A stretch of DNA of 48,272 nt from an uncultured Rhodospirillaceae bacterium (GTDB lineage Bacteria; Pseudomonadota; Alphaproteobacteria; TMED109): assembly GCA_964624655.1 (NCBI GenBank), contig CAZUXH010000002.1, positions 1 through 48,272 of the forward strand, in the 5' to 3' direction. Made by a program: the position numbers and the translations under genes. Within the stretch, counting starts at the first letter, position 1, and each line of letters begins with the position of its first letter. Positions 41,016 through 48,272 of this stretch are shown here, piece after piece. The notes beneath the pieces are model-generated. The model was given only the letters and a program-made list of their open reading frames with translations, made no database searches and had not been told where the DNA came from.

Positions 41016-41984
41016 TTAGAATCCTTTGGATCTTATCCAGTCCTTATCAAAAATTTTTAAATATTTATTACCAGTATCACAAACTAAAGTCACAACATTC
41101 TTTCTTGTTTTTTGAGTCTGACAATATTTTATTGCTGCAGCTATGAGCGTTCCACTGGAACTGCCTGCCAAAATTCCTTCTTTTACCAAAAGCTCATTAC
41201 AAATATTAACAGCCTCCTTATCTTCAATTGAATAAGCATGGGTTATTAAACCAAAATCTAGTAATGGAGGCACATAATCTTCACCTATACCTTCTACCAA
41301 CCAAGTTCCTACAACGCTAGGTTTTTCCCCAGTTCTAAACAATGGTTCTAAAATGGAACCCTTAGGATCAGCCAGGATTATATCACAATTCTTATTTATT
41401 TTCCTTATAGCTTTTCCTACTCCAGTAATTGTTCCACCTGTTCCCACTCCAGCACAAAATGCATCAATTTGGCCATCAAGTTGATCTATTATTTCAGGTC
41501 CTGTCCATTCAAGATGTGAATATAAATTTGCTTGATTCTCAAATTGATTTATATAAAAAGCATTTCTTTCTTTAGTGATCGTTTCAGCTAAATCTGCATA
41601 ATATTCGGGATGTCCTCTTTCAACATCTGAACGAGTAACAACACCCTCTGCTCCTAGCGCTTCTAAGTGAATTACCTTTTCCTTTGCCATTATTTCTGGA
41701 ACCACAATAAGACATTTATATCCACGTAATATAGAAATTAAGGCCAGACCTATCCCTGTATTTCCAGCAGTAGCTTCAACAATAAGACTGCCCCTAGATA
41801 TTTTTCCAGAATTTTCTGCTGCATCAATCATAAATTTGGCTGGGCGATCTTTTATAGAACCTCCTGGATTTTGTGATTCTAATTTCAAAAACAATTTACA
41901 TAAGCCCGTATCTATATTTGTAACCTCTAAAATAGGGGTGTTTCCAATTAAATCTAATATACTATTGACTTTTTTATTCACCAT
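41016..41984 (-). CDS. Cystathionine beta-synthase-like / cysteine synthase family PLP enzyme (catalytic core only, MccA-like)
   Basis: The 322-aa ORF has LIGNTPILEV, the PLP lysine in NPGGSIKDRPA, GVGTGGTITG and a CBS-type WLVEGIGEDYVP segment. It has no C-terminal CBS regulatory pair. Confidence 0.85.
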   Translation of the reverse strand: MVNKKVNSILDLIGNTPILEVTNIDTGLCKLFLKLESQNPGGSIKDRPAKFMIDAAENSGKISRGSLIVEATAGNTGIGLALISILRGYKCLIVVPEIMAKEKVIHLEALGAEGVVTRSDVERGHPEYYADLAETITKERNAFYINQFENQANLYSHLEWTGPEIIDQLDGQIDAFCAGVGTGGTITGVGKAIRKINKNCDIILADPKGSILEPLFRTGEKPSVVGTWLVEGIGEDYVPPLLDFGLITHAYSIEDKEAVNICNELLVKEGILAGSSSGTLIAAAIKYCQTQKTRKNVVTLVCDTGNKYLKIFDKDWIRSKGF

Positions 41985-42036
41985 TTTTATCTCTTTCGAA
42001 TTACATCTAATAATTAGTAAAGATACTATAAAAACT

Positions 42037-42828
42037 CTATCTTCTTATCGAAGGACTCTCTATAAATAGACCATTTCCTCTCCAAGAAACATATAATTGT
42101 AAAGCATTATAATCTGGATGACCAATTTCTAATGGCTCCGCTCGAGCTTGCTCATTACAAAATTGAAATCTTCTATGAATAGAAGAAATTGTCCCCCACC
42201 TCAATAAATAAGAGGGAAAACCATTTGTATGCCCTTGACTTATCATTTCTGCTCTAAGGTTTTTTCCAGATAAGTGATCATGACATTGATTACATGCTAA
42301 ATTCATTTGTCCAATTCTTTTGAAATATAATTCCTTACCTCTTTTAAAAAATGGTTCAATAACTTTATTGATTTTAATATTCATTTTTTCTCCCCTAGAT
42401 TCAAAAGCAATATAACTAGATAAAGACATTAAATTTTGACTTTCCAAAGCAAATGGCCTAGCAGACATATAATCTTCCAAGCATATATTTATTTGTTGTT
42501 CTAAATTAATTAATCTATTTTCCTTTTTATTAAACCTGGGAAAATTTGAAACAGCCCCAATAATAGAATCTTTTTTACTATTATGACACTCAATGCAAGA
42601 AAGGTTTTTACTGCCTAATGGAGAAGAAAATAATTCTTTTCCTCTTTCTACCCATATCATTCCAGGATTATCAAAATCATCAAGTTCCATTTTTAGAGTT
42701 TCTCTCTTTAAATAGTGCCTACCTGATTTTAACTCTTCCAAAGAATATGGCTTATTATACAGATCATCATTATTTTTATTGATTTCATCTGCCCTTACAT
42801 AAAAAGATACAATAATACAACAAGCCAC
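42037..42828 (-). CDS. soxA: Diheme cytochrome c SoxA
   Basis: The ORF has two CXXCH sites (CIECH, CNQCH) and the conserved distal Cys context (IHRRFQFCNEQ). The track start, GTG 42828, lies inside the signal peptide. In-frame ATT ATT at 42858-42853, directly after the soxZ stop, would give a fuller signal peptide. Confidence 0.85.
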   Translation of the reverse strand: MACCIIVSFYVRADEINKNNDDLYNKPYSLEELKSGRHYLKRETLKMELDDFDNPGMIWVERGKELFSSPLGSKNLSCIECHNSKKDSIIGAVSNFPRFNKKENRLINLEQQINICLEDYMSARPFALESQNLMSLSSYIAFESRGEKMNIKINKVIEPFFKRGKELYFKRIGQMNLACNQCHDHLSGKNLRAEMISQGHTNGFPSYLLRWGTISSIHRRFQFCNEQARAEPLEIGHPDYNALQLYVSWRGNGLFIESPSIRR

Positions 42829-42858
42829 AAATAAAAATTTAATATAACAAAAAATAAT

Positions 42859-43245
42859 TCATTCTCCCTCGGAGTTTAAGCTAATCGGAAACACCTCATG
42901 TCCTTTATTATCATAAACACTTACTACAGCCCTTTTAAATGTGGATTGATCATAAATATCTATCCATTCAACTTCCAATAAGCCAGATTCTTCTACTTTT
43001 ATACTAAATGACATATATGGATTTTCTGATACTCCCGAATACCAGCTAGTATGAAATACTTTTTTTCCATTATATCTTACAATAACTCTATCTATAATAA
43101 ATTTAGGATAAACTAGCCCTGTCTCAGGATCTCTTCTAACTCCGGGCTCCATGACATGCTCTGCCATTGTCTTTATAGTAATTATTTCCCCTTTTTTAGC
43201 AGAGGTGGGCGCCTTCAATCTTCTTAAAAAATTTTTTCTTTCCAT
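42859..43245 (-). CDS. soxZ: Sulfur-carrier complex subunit SoxZ
   Basis: MERKNFLRRLKAPTSAKKGEIITIKTMAEHVMEPGVRRD...NPYMSFSIKV aligns with SoxZ as I remember it. I prefer ATG 43245, which has an AGGA 5 nt upstream. The track's GTG at 43266 overlaps soxY. Confidence 0.85.
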   Translation of the reverse strand: MERKNFLRRLKAPTSAKKGEIITIKTMAEHVMEPGVRRDPETGLVYPKFIIDRVIVRYNGKKVFHTSWYSGVSENPYMSFSIKVEESGLLEVEWIDIYDQSTFKRAVVSVYDNKGHEVFPISLNSEGE

Positions 43246-43252
43246 ATTTTTC

Positions 43253-43804
43253 CTAACTACAAGCACCTATGGTAACTTCAACGAATAACCTATCTTCTCC
43301 TATCTTGCCATTTACCATTTCAGCTATAGCAATTACCTCTGAACTCTGCCTCATCCTTATTCTTATAGAAAGATCAGCACTGCCAGATTGTTTGCTGAAA
43401 TAAAATTTAGCAATTTCTGGAAATGGATTATCTAATACTAATATATGGACTACTTTCGGATAGTCTTCTCCATCCATAGAACAATTAACAGAAAAATTTA
43501 TTGGCACAACATTTCCATTTTCCGCAATATCTGGAGCAACTAATTTAATTAAATTTTTTTTTAATTTTCTGCCTTTTATAATATTATTTCTAATTCTCCG
43601 TGCTTCTTCTGGATCAGGTTCCACTCTAAAAGTCTGCCTAAAGCTCTGAAAACGATCTCTATAAGGTCCCCCTAATTGATCATTTGCAATAGACCGCTCG
43701 ATACTATTAGCTAGTGAAAAACTAAAAAGACCCTTTAAAAAAATTCTTCTATGAAAAAAAATTTTTAAGTTTAGTTTATCTTTTTTGTATAGCAACCTAT
43801 CCAT
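43253..43804 (-). CDS. soxY: Sulfur-carrier protein SoxY (Tat signal) with a variant C-terminus
   Basis: The ORF has a twin-arginine motif (HRRIFLKG) and a SoxY core. The C-terminus is VEVTIGACS*, with the carrier Cys in the penultimate position rather than in the canonical GGCGG. Confidence 0.85.
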   Translation of the reverse strand: MDRLLYKKDKLNLKIFFHRRIFLKGLFSFSLANSIERSIANDQLGGPYRDRFQSFRQTFRVEPDPEEARRIRNNIIKGRKLKKNLIKLVAPDIAENGNVVPINFSVNCSMDGEDYPKVVHILVLDNPFPEIAKFYFSKQSGSADLSIRIRMRQSSEVIAIAEMVNGKIGEDRLFVEVTIGACS

Positions 43805-43825
43805 TTAATATAAGTTTTCCTTATT

Positions 43826-44284
43826 TTATTTTAGAGTTAACAACCAACTTATTACATCCTCTATTTGTTGTGCTGTCAAAATAGTTTTACCTAAAAATTT
43901 ATTTCCAACCTGATTAAGCCCTTTTTTTTTAAAAAAAGCAGGCATAAGGCTATTAGGGTTTATAGAATAAGGATCAACCAGTCTTAATCGAAGCTCTCCT
44001 TCTGTATATCTATTTGCTACTCCATCAAGACTAGGTCCTATATTTCCCTGAAAAGACTCATCTATTAAACTCACTTGATGACACGCTAAACAATTTCCTC
44101 TCCTAGATATTACTATTTCTTTACCCAACTCTGGATTGGGTAGAGAATCAGTTAAACTTTTTTTTATTTGGTAATCTGAAATTAAAAAACTATCTTGATT
44201 ATTTTCTGCAAATAAAACACTTTTTGCAAAAATAAAAATAAAAAATAATATAAAAATAATTTTATAAAATTTATTCACTATCAT
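43826..44284 (-). CDS. soxX: Monoheme cytochrome c SoxX
   Basis: The ORF has a signal peptide and GKEIVISRRGNCLACHQV...GNIGPSLDGVANRYTEGELRLRLVDP...LTAQQIEDVISWLLTLK. This closely matches the Paracoccus-type SoxX pattern as I remember it. Confidence 0.87.
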   Translation of the reverse strand: MIVNKFYKIIFILFFIFIFAKSVLFAENNQDSFLISDYQIKKSLTDSLPNPELGKEIVISRRGNCLACHQVSLIDESFQGNIGPSLDGVANRYTEGELRLRLVDPYSINPNSLMPAFFKKKGLNQVGNKFLGKTILTAQQIEDVISWLLTLK

Positions 44285-44540
44285 TTAAAAATTCGCACCC
44301 AAAGACATCACATTCAATTAAACCTTCTAACACGTTTTCGTTTTTTAAACAGGTATACGTATAAACTACTTTTGTAGATCTTTGTCCTAATCTATCACTT
44401 GTAATACTATCACAATTTTTACTATTTAATAATTCACTTACTTTCCCTTGAAATTCTAACATTGCAAAACTTTCTAGAGGAAGTAATAAAAATATATGAG
44501 CAATTAAAATATATCTAAACATAAAACTAATATAATGCAC
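44271..44540 (-). CDS. Small secreted four-cysteine protein of unknown function, first gene of the sox array
   Basis: The ORF is 89 aa, or 83 aa if it starts at the internal MFRYIL. It has a signal-like IAHIFLLLPLESFA and four Cys in the mature part (NCDS, YTCLK, ECDVFGCEF). Its 3' end overlaps the soxX start by 14 nt. I recognise no family. Confidence 0.4.
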   Translation of the reverse strand: MHYISFMFRYILIAHIFLLLPLESFAMLEFQGKVSELLNSKNCDSITSDRLGQRSTKVVYTYTCLKNENVLEGLIECDVFGCEFLNDSE

Positions 44541-44601
44541 TTTTTAAATTATCCAATAAGTGTTACAAATTATTTATTTTATAAAATAATGGAGATTTTT
44601 T

Positions 44602-45726
44602 TTGAAGCCTCTTTCTGGAATAAGAGTAATAGATTTTACGACTCTACTTCCCGGCCCAATGGCAACTTTAATATTGTCAGAAGCAGGAGCAGAAGTTATT
44701 AAGATAGAACGGCCAGGAGGAGAAGATATTAGAAGATCACCACCTTTTATAGATGACAAAAGTGTGATGTTTAGCATGCTAAACAGAGGCAAAAGATCCA
44801 TAGAAATTGATATCAAAGAAAAGAAAAATTTAGAAAAGATTATTAGATTAATAAGGACTGCTGACGTAGTAGTAGACCAATTCAGACCAGGAGTAATGGA
44901 AAGAATTGGGTTGAACTATGAAAAATTAAAAAAAATAAACAAAAAAATAGTCCACTGTTCTATTACTGGATATGGTCAAACTGGTCCCAAAAAACTTGTT
45001 GCAGCACATGATATAAATTATATGGCAGATTCTGGTCTACTTTCATTAGCAAAAGATTCAGATGGTTCTCCAGCAATGCCTTCAGCTCAAATAGCTGATA
45101 TAGCAGGTGGGAGTTATCCTGCAGTTATTAACATATTATTAGCTTTAAGAAATGCTGAAAAAACTGGTAAGGGAAGTTATTTAGATATTTCAATGACAGA
45201 CAACCTGTTTCCCTTTATGTGGATGGCACTAGGAATAGCATATGATAATAAAAATTTTCCCTTAGGAGGAGATCTACATCTTACTGGTGCAAGTCCTAGA
45301 TATGGAATTTATAAAACTTTAGATTCTGGATATATTGCACTAGGAGCACTAGAAGAAAAGTTTTGGCAGAGATTCTGTGAAATAATAAAATTAGATAAAA
45401 AATTAGTTGATGACGCTATCAATACAAACAGAACAAAACAAGAAATAATTAAAATTATTTCAAGTAAAACCACCTCTTACTGGAAAAAATTATTAGCCAA
45501 AGAAATCAACATATGTTGCTCAGTAGTTAACTCTGTTGAAGAAGCATTAAAAGATCCACAAATAATTGACAGAGAGTTAGTTTCAGCATCCATAAACATT
45601 TCTGGAAAAAATGTAAAAGTTATGCCTACGCCTCTGGCTCCAATTTGGAGACCAAAATCACTAATAGAAGATGCTCCAAAATTAGGAGAGGCAAACTCTG
45701 CTCTTTTGGAGAAAAAAAATGTCTAA
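44602..45726 (+). CDS. Family III CoA-transferase (CaiB/BaiF; alpha-methylacyl-CoA racemase-like)
   Basis: The 374-aa ORF has the family N-terminus LSGIRVIDFTTLLPGPMATLILSEAGAEVIKIERP and the catalytic Asp region (DIAGG). It has a TTG start with a GGAG 8 nt upstream. Confidence 0.88.
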   Translation: MKPLSGIRVIDFTTLLPGPMATLILSEAGAEVIKIERPGGEDIRRSPPFIDDKSVMFSMLNRGKRSIEIDIKEKKNLEKIIRLIRTADVVVDQFRPGVMERIGLNYEKLKKINKKIVHCSITGYGQTGPKKLVAAHDINYMADSGLLSLAKDSDGSPAMPSAQIADIAGGSYPAVINILLALRNAEKTGKGSYLDISMTDNLFPFMWMALGIAYDNKNFPLGGDLHLTGASPRYGIYKTLDSGYIALGALEEKFWQRFCEIIKLDKKLVDDAINTNRTKQEIIKIISSKTTSYWKKLLAKEINICCSVVNSVEEALKDPQIIDRELVSASINISGKNVKVMPTPLAPIWRPKSLIEDAPKLGEANSALLEKKNV

Positions 45727-46057
45727 TAAAAACATATGGTATATAGAAAATAAAAATGAATTGCAGCAAATCAAAAATATAAATAAAGCGGTGGAAGAAA
45801 AATTTGATTATATTGCAATTATAAACCCAACTAGCCTAGTAACAAAAAAAAACAAACTAAAAGAAATTATAAATAATACAAAAATTCCTTTTATTATTTA
45901 TAGCGAACAAACTTCAGGACATGATGATAAAACTAAAGAAATTATGCATCTAGCCTCATATGTTATAACTGGTTTAAAAGATGTTTTACTGGAAGGTGGG
46001 CCAGATGAATTCATTGATAATTTTAATAAAATGATTAACGAATCTTTAGATAATTAG
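45719..46057 (+). CDS. Hypothetical protein (112 aa)
   Basis: The ORF overlaps the CoA-transferase stop by 8 nt, which suggests translational coupling. It has only a remote, unverified resemblance to the C-terminal two-thirds of type II 3-dehydroquinate dehydratase. Confidence 0.45.
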   Translation: MSNKNIWYIENKNELQQIKNINKAVEEKFDYIAIINPTSLVTKKNKLKEIINNTKIPFIIYSEQTSGHDDKTKEIMHLASYVITGLKDVLLEGGPDEFIDNFNKMINESLDN

Positions 46058-46071
46058 CAGGAGATAAGACT

Positions 46072-47178
46072 ATTATTAGACCTAAAAAAAATATACTAGA
46101 AATTTCACCTTACATTCCTGGAAAATCTAAAACAGACTCCGCACAAAAGGTTATAAAGTTATCATCCAATGAAACACCTTTAGGAACTTCTTCAAAAGTT
46201 TTAACTGCTTTAGATTCATATGCAGCCAAATATCCTTGGGATAGCACTTTTAGATATCCCGATGGAAGCTCATATAAATTACGTACTGCACTGTCTAAAA
46301 AGCACTCAATCAACGAGGATAACATAATTTGTGGAAATGGCTCAGATGAAGTCTTATCCCTAATCGCTCATTGTTTTGCCGGACCAAGTGATGAAGTCAT
46401 TTATAGTAAACATGGTTTTTTAGTATATCCTATAGCAGTAAGAGCAGCGGGAGCAGTTCCAATAGCAGTTCCAGAAAAAAACCTTAAGGCAGACGTGGAT
46501 TCAATTATAAAATATTCCTCAACAAAAACCAAAATATGTTACATCGCTAATCCTAATAATCCAACTGGGACTTATTTAACATCTGAGGAATTGTTAAACT
46601 TAAGAAAAAACCTTCCAGAAGAATGTATATTAGTAATTGATTCAGCATATGCAGAATATGTTGATAAAACAGACTATGAGGATGGATTAGAATTGGCTAA
46701 AAAATTTACCAACGTAGTATGTACCAGAACATTTTCAAAAATTTATGGTTTAGCCTCTCTCAGAATTGGCTGGATGTATACTTCATCTAATCAAATTATA
46801 GATTTTATAAATAGAATAAGATTACCTTTTAACACAAACTCGATAGCACAATTTGCAGCAATTGAAGCCTTAGGAGATACTGATTTTTTATTGAAAGCTA
46901 AAAAACACAATGATCTTTGGAAGCCTTGGATAGAAGATAAATTAAAAGATTATGGAATACAAACTGTTAATGGTGTTGCAAATTTTATACTTGCAAAATT
47001 TAAAGACCAAATACAAGCTAATTCTTGTTATTCATTTTTAGAAGAAAAAGGAATATTAGTTAGAAAAATAGGAGAATACGGTCTTCCAGAATATTTAAGA
47101 ATTACAGTGGGACTTGAGGACGAAAATAAAATACTATGTGATGAAATAAATAATTTTTTGAAACTAAATGGGAAATAA
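46072..47178 (+). CDS. hisC: Histidinol-phosphate aminotransferase with a proposed ATT start
   Basis: The frame is open from 46054 to 47178. It encodes IIRPKKNILEISPYIPGKS...KLSSNETPLG...NGSDEVL...RTFSKIYGLASLRIGW, a full-length HisC. The first canonical start, GTG 46495, would delete about 140 conserved residues. An AGGAG at 46059-46063 lies 8 nt upstream of ATT 46072. Confidence 0.85.
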   Translation: MIRPKKNILEISPYIPGKSKTDSAQKVIKLSSNETPLGTSSKVLTALDSYAAKYPWDSTFRYPDGSSYKLRTALSKKHSINEDNIICGNGSDEVLSLIAHCFAGPSDEVIYSKHGFLVYPIAVRAAGAVPIAVPEKNLKADVDSIIKYSSTKTKICYIANPNNPTGTYLTSEELLNLRKNLPEECILVIDSAYAEYVDKTDYEDGLELAKKFTNVVCTRTFSKIYGLASLRIGWMYTSSNQIIDFINRIRLPFNTNSIAQFAAIEALGDTDFLLKAKKHNDLWKPWIEDKLKDYGIQTVNGVANFILAKFKDQIQANSCYSFLEEKGILVRKIGEYGLPEYLRITVGLEDENKILCDEINNFLKLNGK

Positions 47179-47179
47179 G

Positions 47180-47809
47180 ATGATATTACACGATTTTGAA
47201 AGAGCACCTAACCCAAGGCGCGTTCGGATATTTATAGCAGAAAAAAATATAGATATAGAAATAAAAAAAATAGATTTGATGAAACGTGAAAACGTACAAA
47301 CTGATTATTTAAAAATTAATCCGTCAGGCGCCCTCCCTTTTCTTCAATTGGATGATAAAAATGGAATTTCTGAAAGCATCGCAATCTGCAGATATTTAGA
47401 AGAAAAATATCCTGATCCGCGATTGATGGGAAGCAGTCCTCTTGAAAAAGCTCAAATTGAAATGTGGCAAAGAATAATAGAATTTCATGGAATATCTGCT
47501 GCCGGCGAAGCATTCAGAAATAAAGTTGAAGGTTTTAAAGATAGAGCTATAGCTGGTCCTAATCCCATAAAGCAAATTCCTGACTTAATTGAAAGAAGTA
47601 AAATTTTACTAGATCATTTCTTTAAACGTATAGATTCACAATTATCCCAAAATGATTATATAGCGGGAGGGGGATTTTCTATAGCAGATATTAGTGCTTA
47701 TATAGCGATAGATTTTGCCGGTTGGTCAAAAATAGTTCCTGAAGAAAAATTTACATCTTTAAATAAATGGTTTGAAAAAATTAAATTAAGAGATTCTATA
47801 AAAGCTTAA
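47180..47809 (+). CDS. Glutathione S-transferase family protein
   Basis: The ORF has an N-terminal thioredoxin-like domain (MILHDFERAPNPRRVRIFIAEKNI...SESIAICRYLEEKYP) and an alpha-helical C-terminal domain. The alternative ATG at 47168 overlaps hisC by 11 nt. Confidence 0.8.
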   Translation: MILHDFERAPNPRRVRIFIAEKNIDIEIKKIDLMKRENVQTDYLKINPSGALPFLQLDDKNGISESIAICRYLEEKYPDPRLMGSSPLEKAQIEMWQRIIEFHGISAAGEAFRNKVEGFKDRAIAGPNPIKQIPDLIERSKILLDHFFKRIDSQLSQNDYIAGGGFSIADISAYIAIDFAGWSKIVPEEKFTSLNKWFEKIKLRDSIKA

Positions 47810-47830
47810 AATAAAAAATGGAGTAGCAAC

Positions 47831-48272
47831 TTGCAAAATAAAATTTTAGACAACATCTTATTTGAAAAAAATGATATTGATAGTCCCTTTATAATTTCAA
47901 CTGTGGAAAACTCTCTTAATGGTTCGGATGATGGGGAATTATTTATAGAAGTAGTTAAAAATGAAAATTTGTCTTTTGATGACGGAAAATTAAAAATAGC
48001 TAGTTCAGACTACAGCTCAGGCTTTGGTCTTAGATCAGTTATAGATGAAAAAGTAGGATACGCTCATTCTTCAGAAATATCTAAATCATCTCTAAACAGG
48101 GCTGCCGACACAATTAAATCTTTTAAATCTAATTCAAATAAAATCTTAGAAATTTCACCTAATTATTCTAATAAAAAATATTACACGGATATAAACCCAA
48201 TATCTGAAACACCTTTTTCAAAAAAAATAGAAATACTTAAAAATATAGATAGCTATGCAAGAAGTTTGAGTA
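47831..48272 (+). CDS. tldD: Metalloprotease TldD, N-terminal part; continues beyond the window
   Basis: My translation from TTG 47831, which has a GGAG 8 nt upstream, gives ...DDGELFIEVVKNENLSFDDGKLKIASSDYSSGFGLRSVIDEKVGYAHSSEIS. This matches the conserved TldD N-terminal region. Confidence 0.85.
   Translation, partial: MQNKILDNILFEKNDIDSPFIISTVENSLNGSDDGELFIEVVKNENLSFDDGKLKIASSDYSSGFGLRSVIDEKVGYAHSSEISKSSLNRAADTIKSFKSNSNKILEISPNYSNKKYYTDINPISETPFSKKIEILKNIDSYARSLS

Noticed and set aside
44574-44816. An 80-aa minus-strand ORF spanning the sox/CoA-transferase divergent spacer and the 5' end of the CoA-transferase gene.
   Set aside because: It is antisense to the best-conserved N-terminal motif of the family III CoA-transferase (RVIDFTTLLPGP...). 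The real spacer is only about 60 nt, and the ORF has no motif support.
46110-46325. A 71-aa minus-strand ORF in the apparent gap before the track's truncated hisC.
   Set aside because: The gap is in fact the N-terminal 140 codons of hisC on the plus strand, which are in frame and conserved. The minus-strand ORF is its shadow.
46054-47178. The idea that hisC is a 5'-truncated pseudogene, and likewise the diheme cytochrome at 38371-39285.
   Set aside because: Both frames are uninterrupted through their conserved N-terminal regions, with no frameshift or internal stop. hisC also has a well-placed AGGAG. Intact conservation without a canonical initiator fits non-canonical initiation better than decay. 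A single-base sequencing error at the start codon cannot be excluded.

Overview
This 48.3-kb window is a strongly AT-rich, very tightly packed bacterial chromosome segment. G+C was judged by eye, not computed. RecA, DksA, the PQQ proteins and the Sox proteins all look alphaproteobacterial. The compaction and base composition suggest a streamlined marine lineage (SAR11- or HIMB59-like), but that is inference only. I found no rRNA, tRNA, CRISPR array, transposase, integrase or phage genes.

Most of the window is housekeeping: guaA, guaB, rlmE, icd, alaS, recA, dksA, dxs, ispH, hisC and tldD. Four accessory modules are interspersed:
1. A pqqABCDE operon, including a 24-codon pqqA that is absent from the ORF track, next to an IlvD/Edd-family dehydratase.
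2. A three-gene envelope module: COG1033-type RND exporter, LolA-like protein and a putative outer-membrane barrel.
3. An MFP/AcrB-type RND efflux pair followed by ApbE.
4. A minus-strand array of eight genes: a small secreted Cys-rich ORF, soxX, soxY, soxZ, soxA, a CBS-like gene, a cystathionine gamma-lyase gene and a SixA-like gene. It has no soxB or soxCD, and two periplasmic c-type cytochrome genes converge on it.

Observations most worth follow-up:
- The sox/transsulfuration operon architecture, together with a non-canonical SoxY C-terminus (GACS instead of GGCGG).
- At least two conserved genes, hisC and a diheme cytochrome c, whose intact reading frames have no ATG, GTG or TTG where the protein must begin. 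Both seem to start at ATT; soxA is a possible third case.
- All six convergent gene junctions have 2 nt or less of spacer, or overlapping stop codons.
- Two alphaproteobacterial-type LexA direct-repeat boxes lie upstream of recA.
- The uncharacterised RND/LolA-like/barrel module.

All functional calls rest on my reading of translated motifs. No database search was run.
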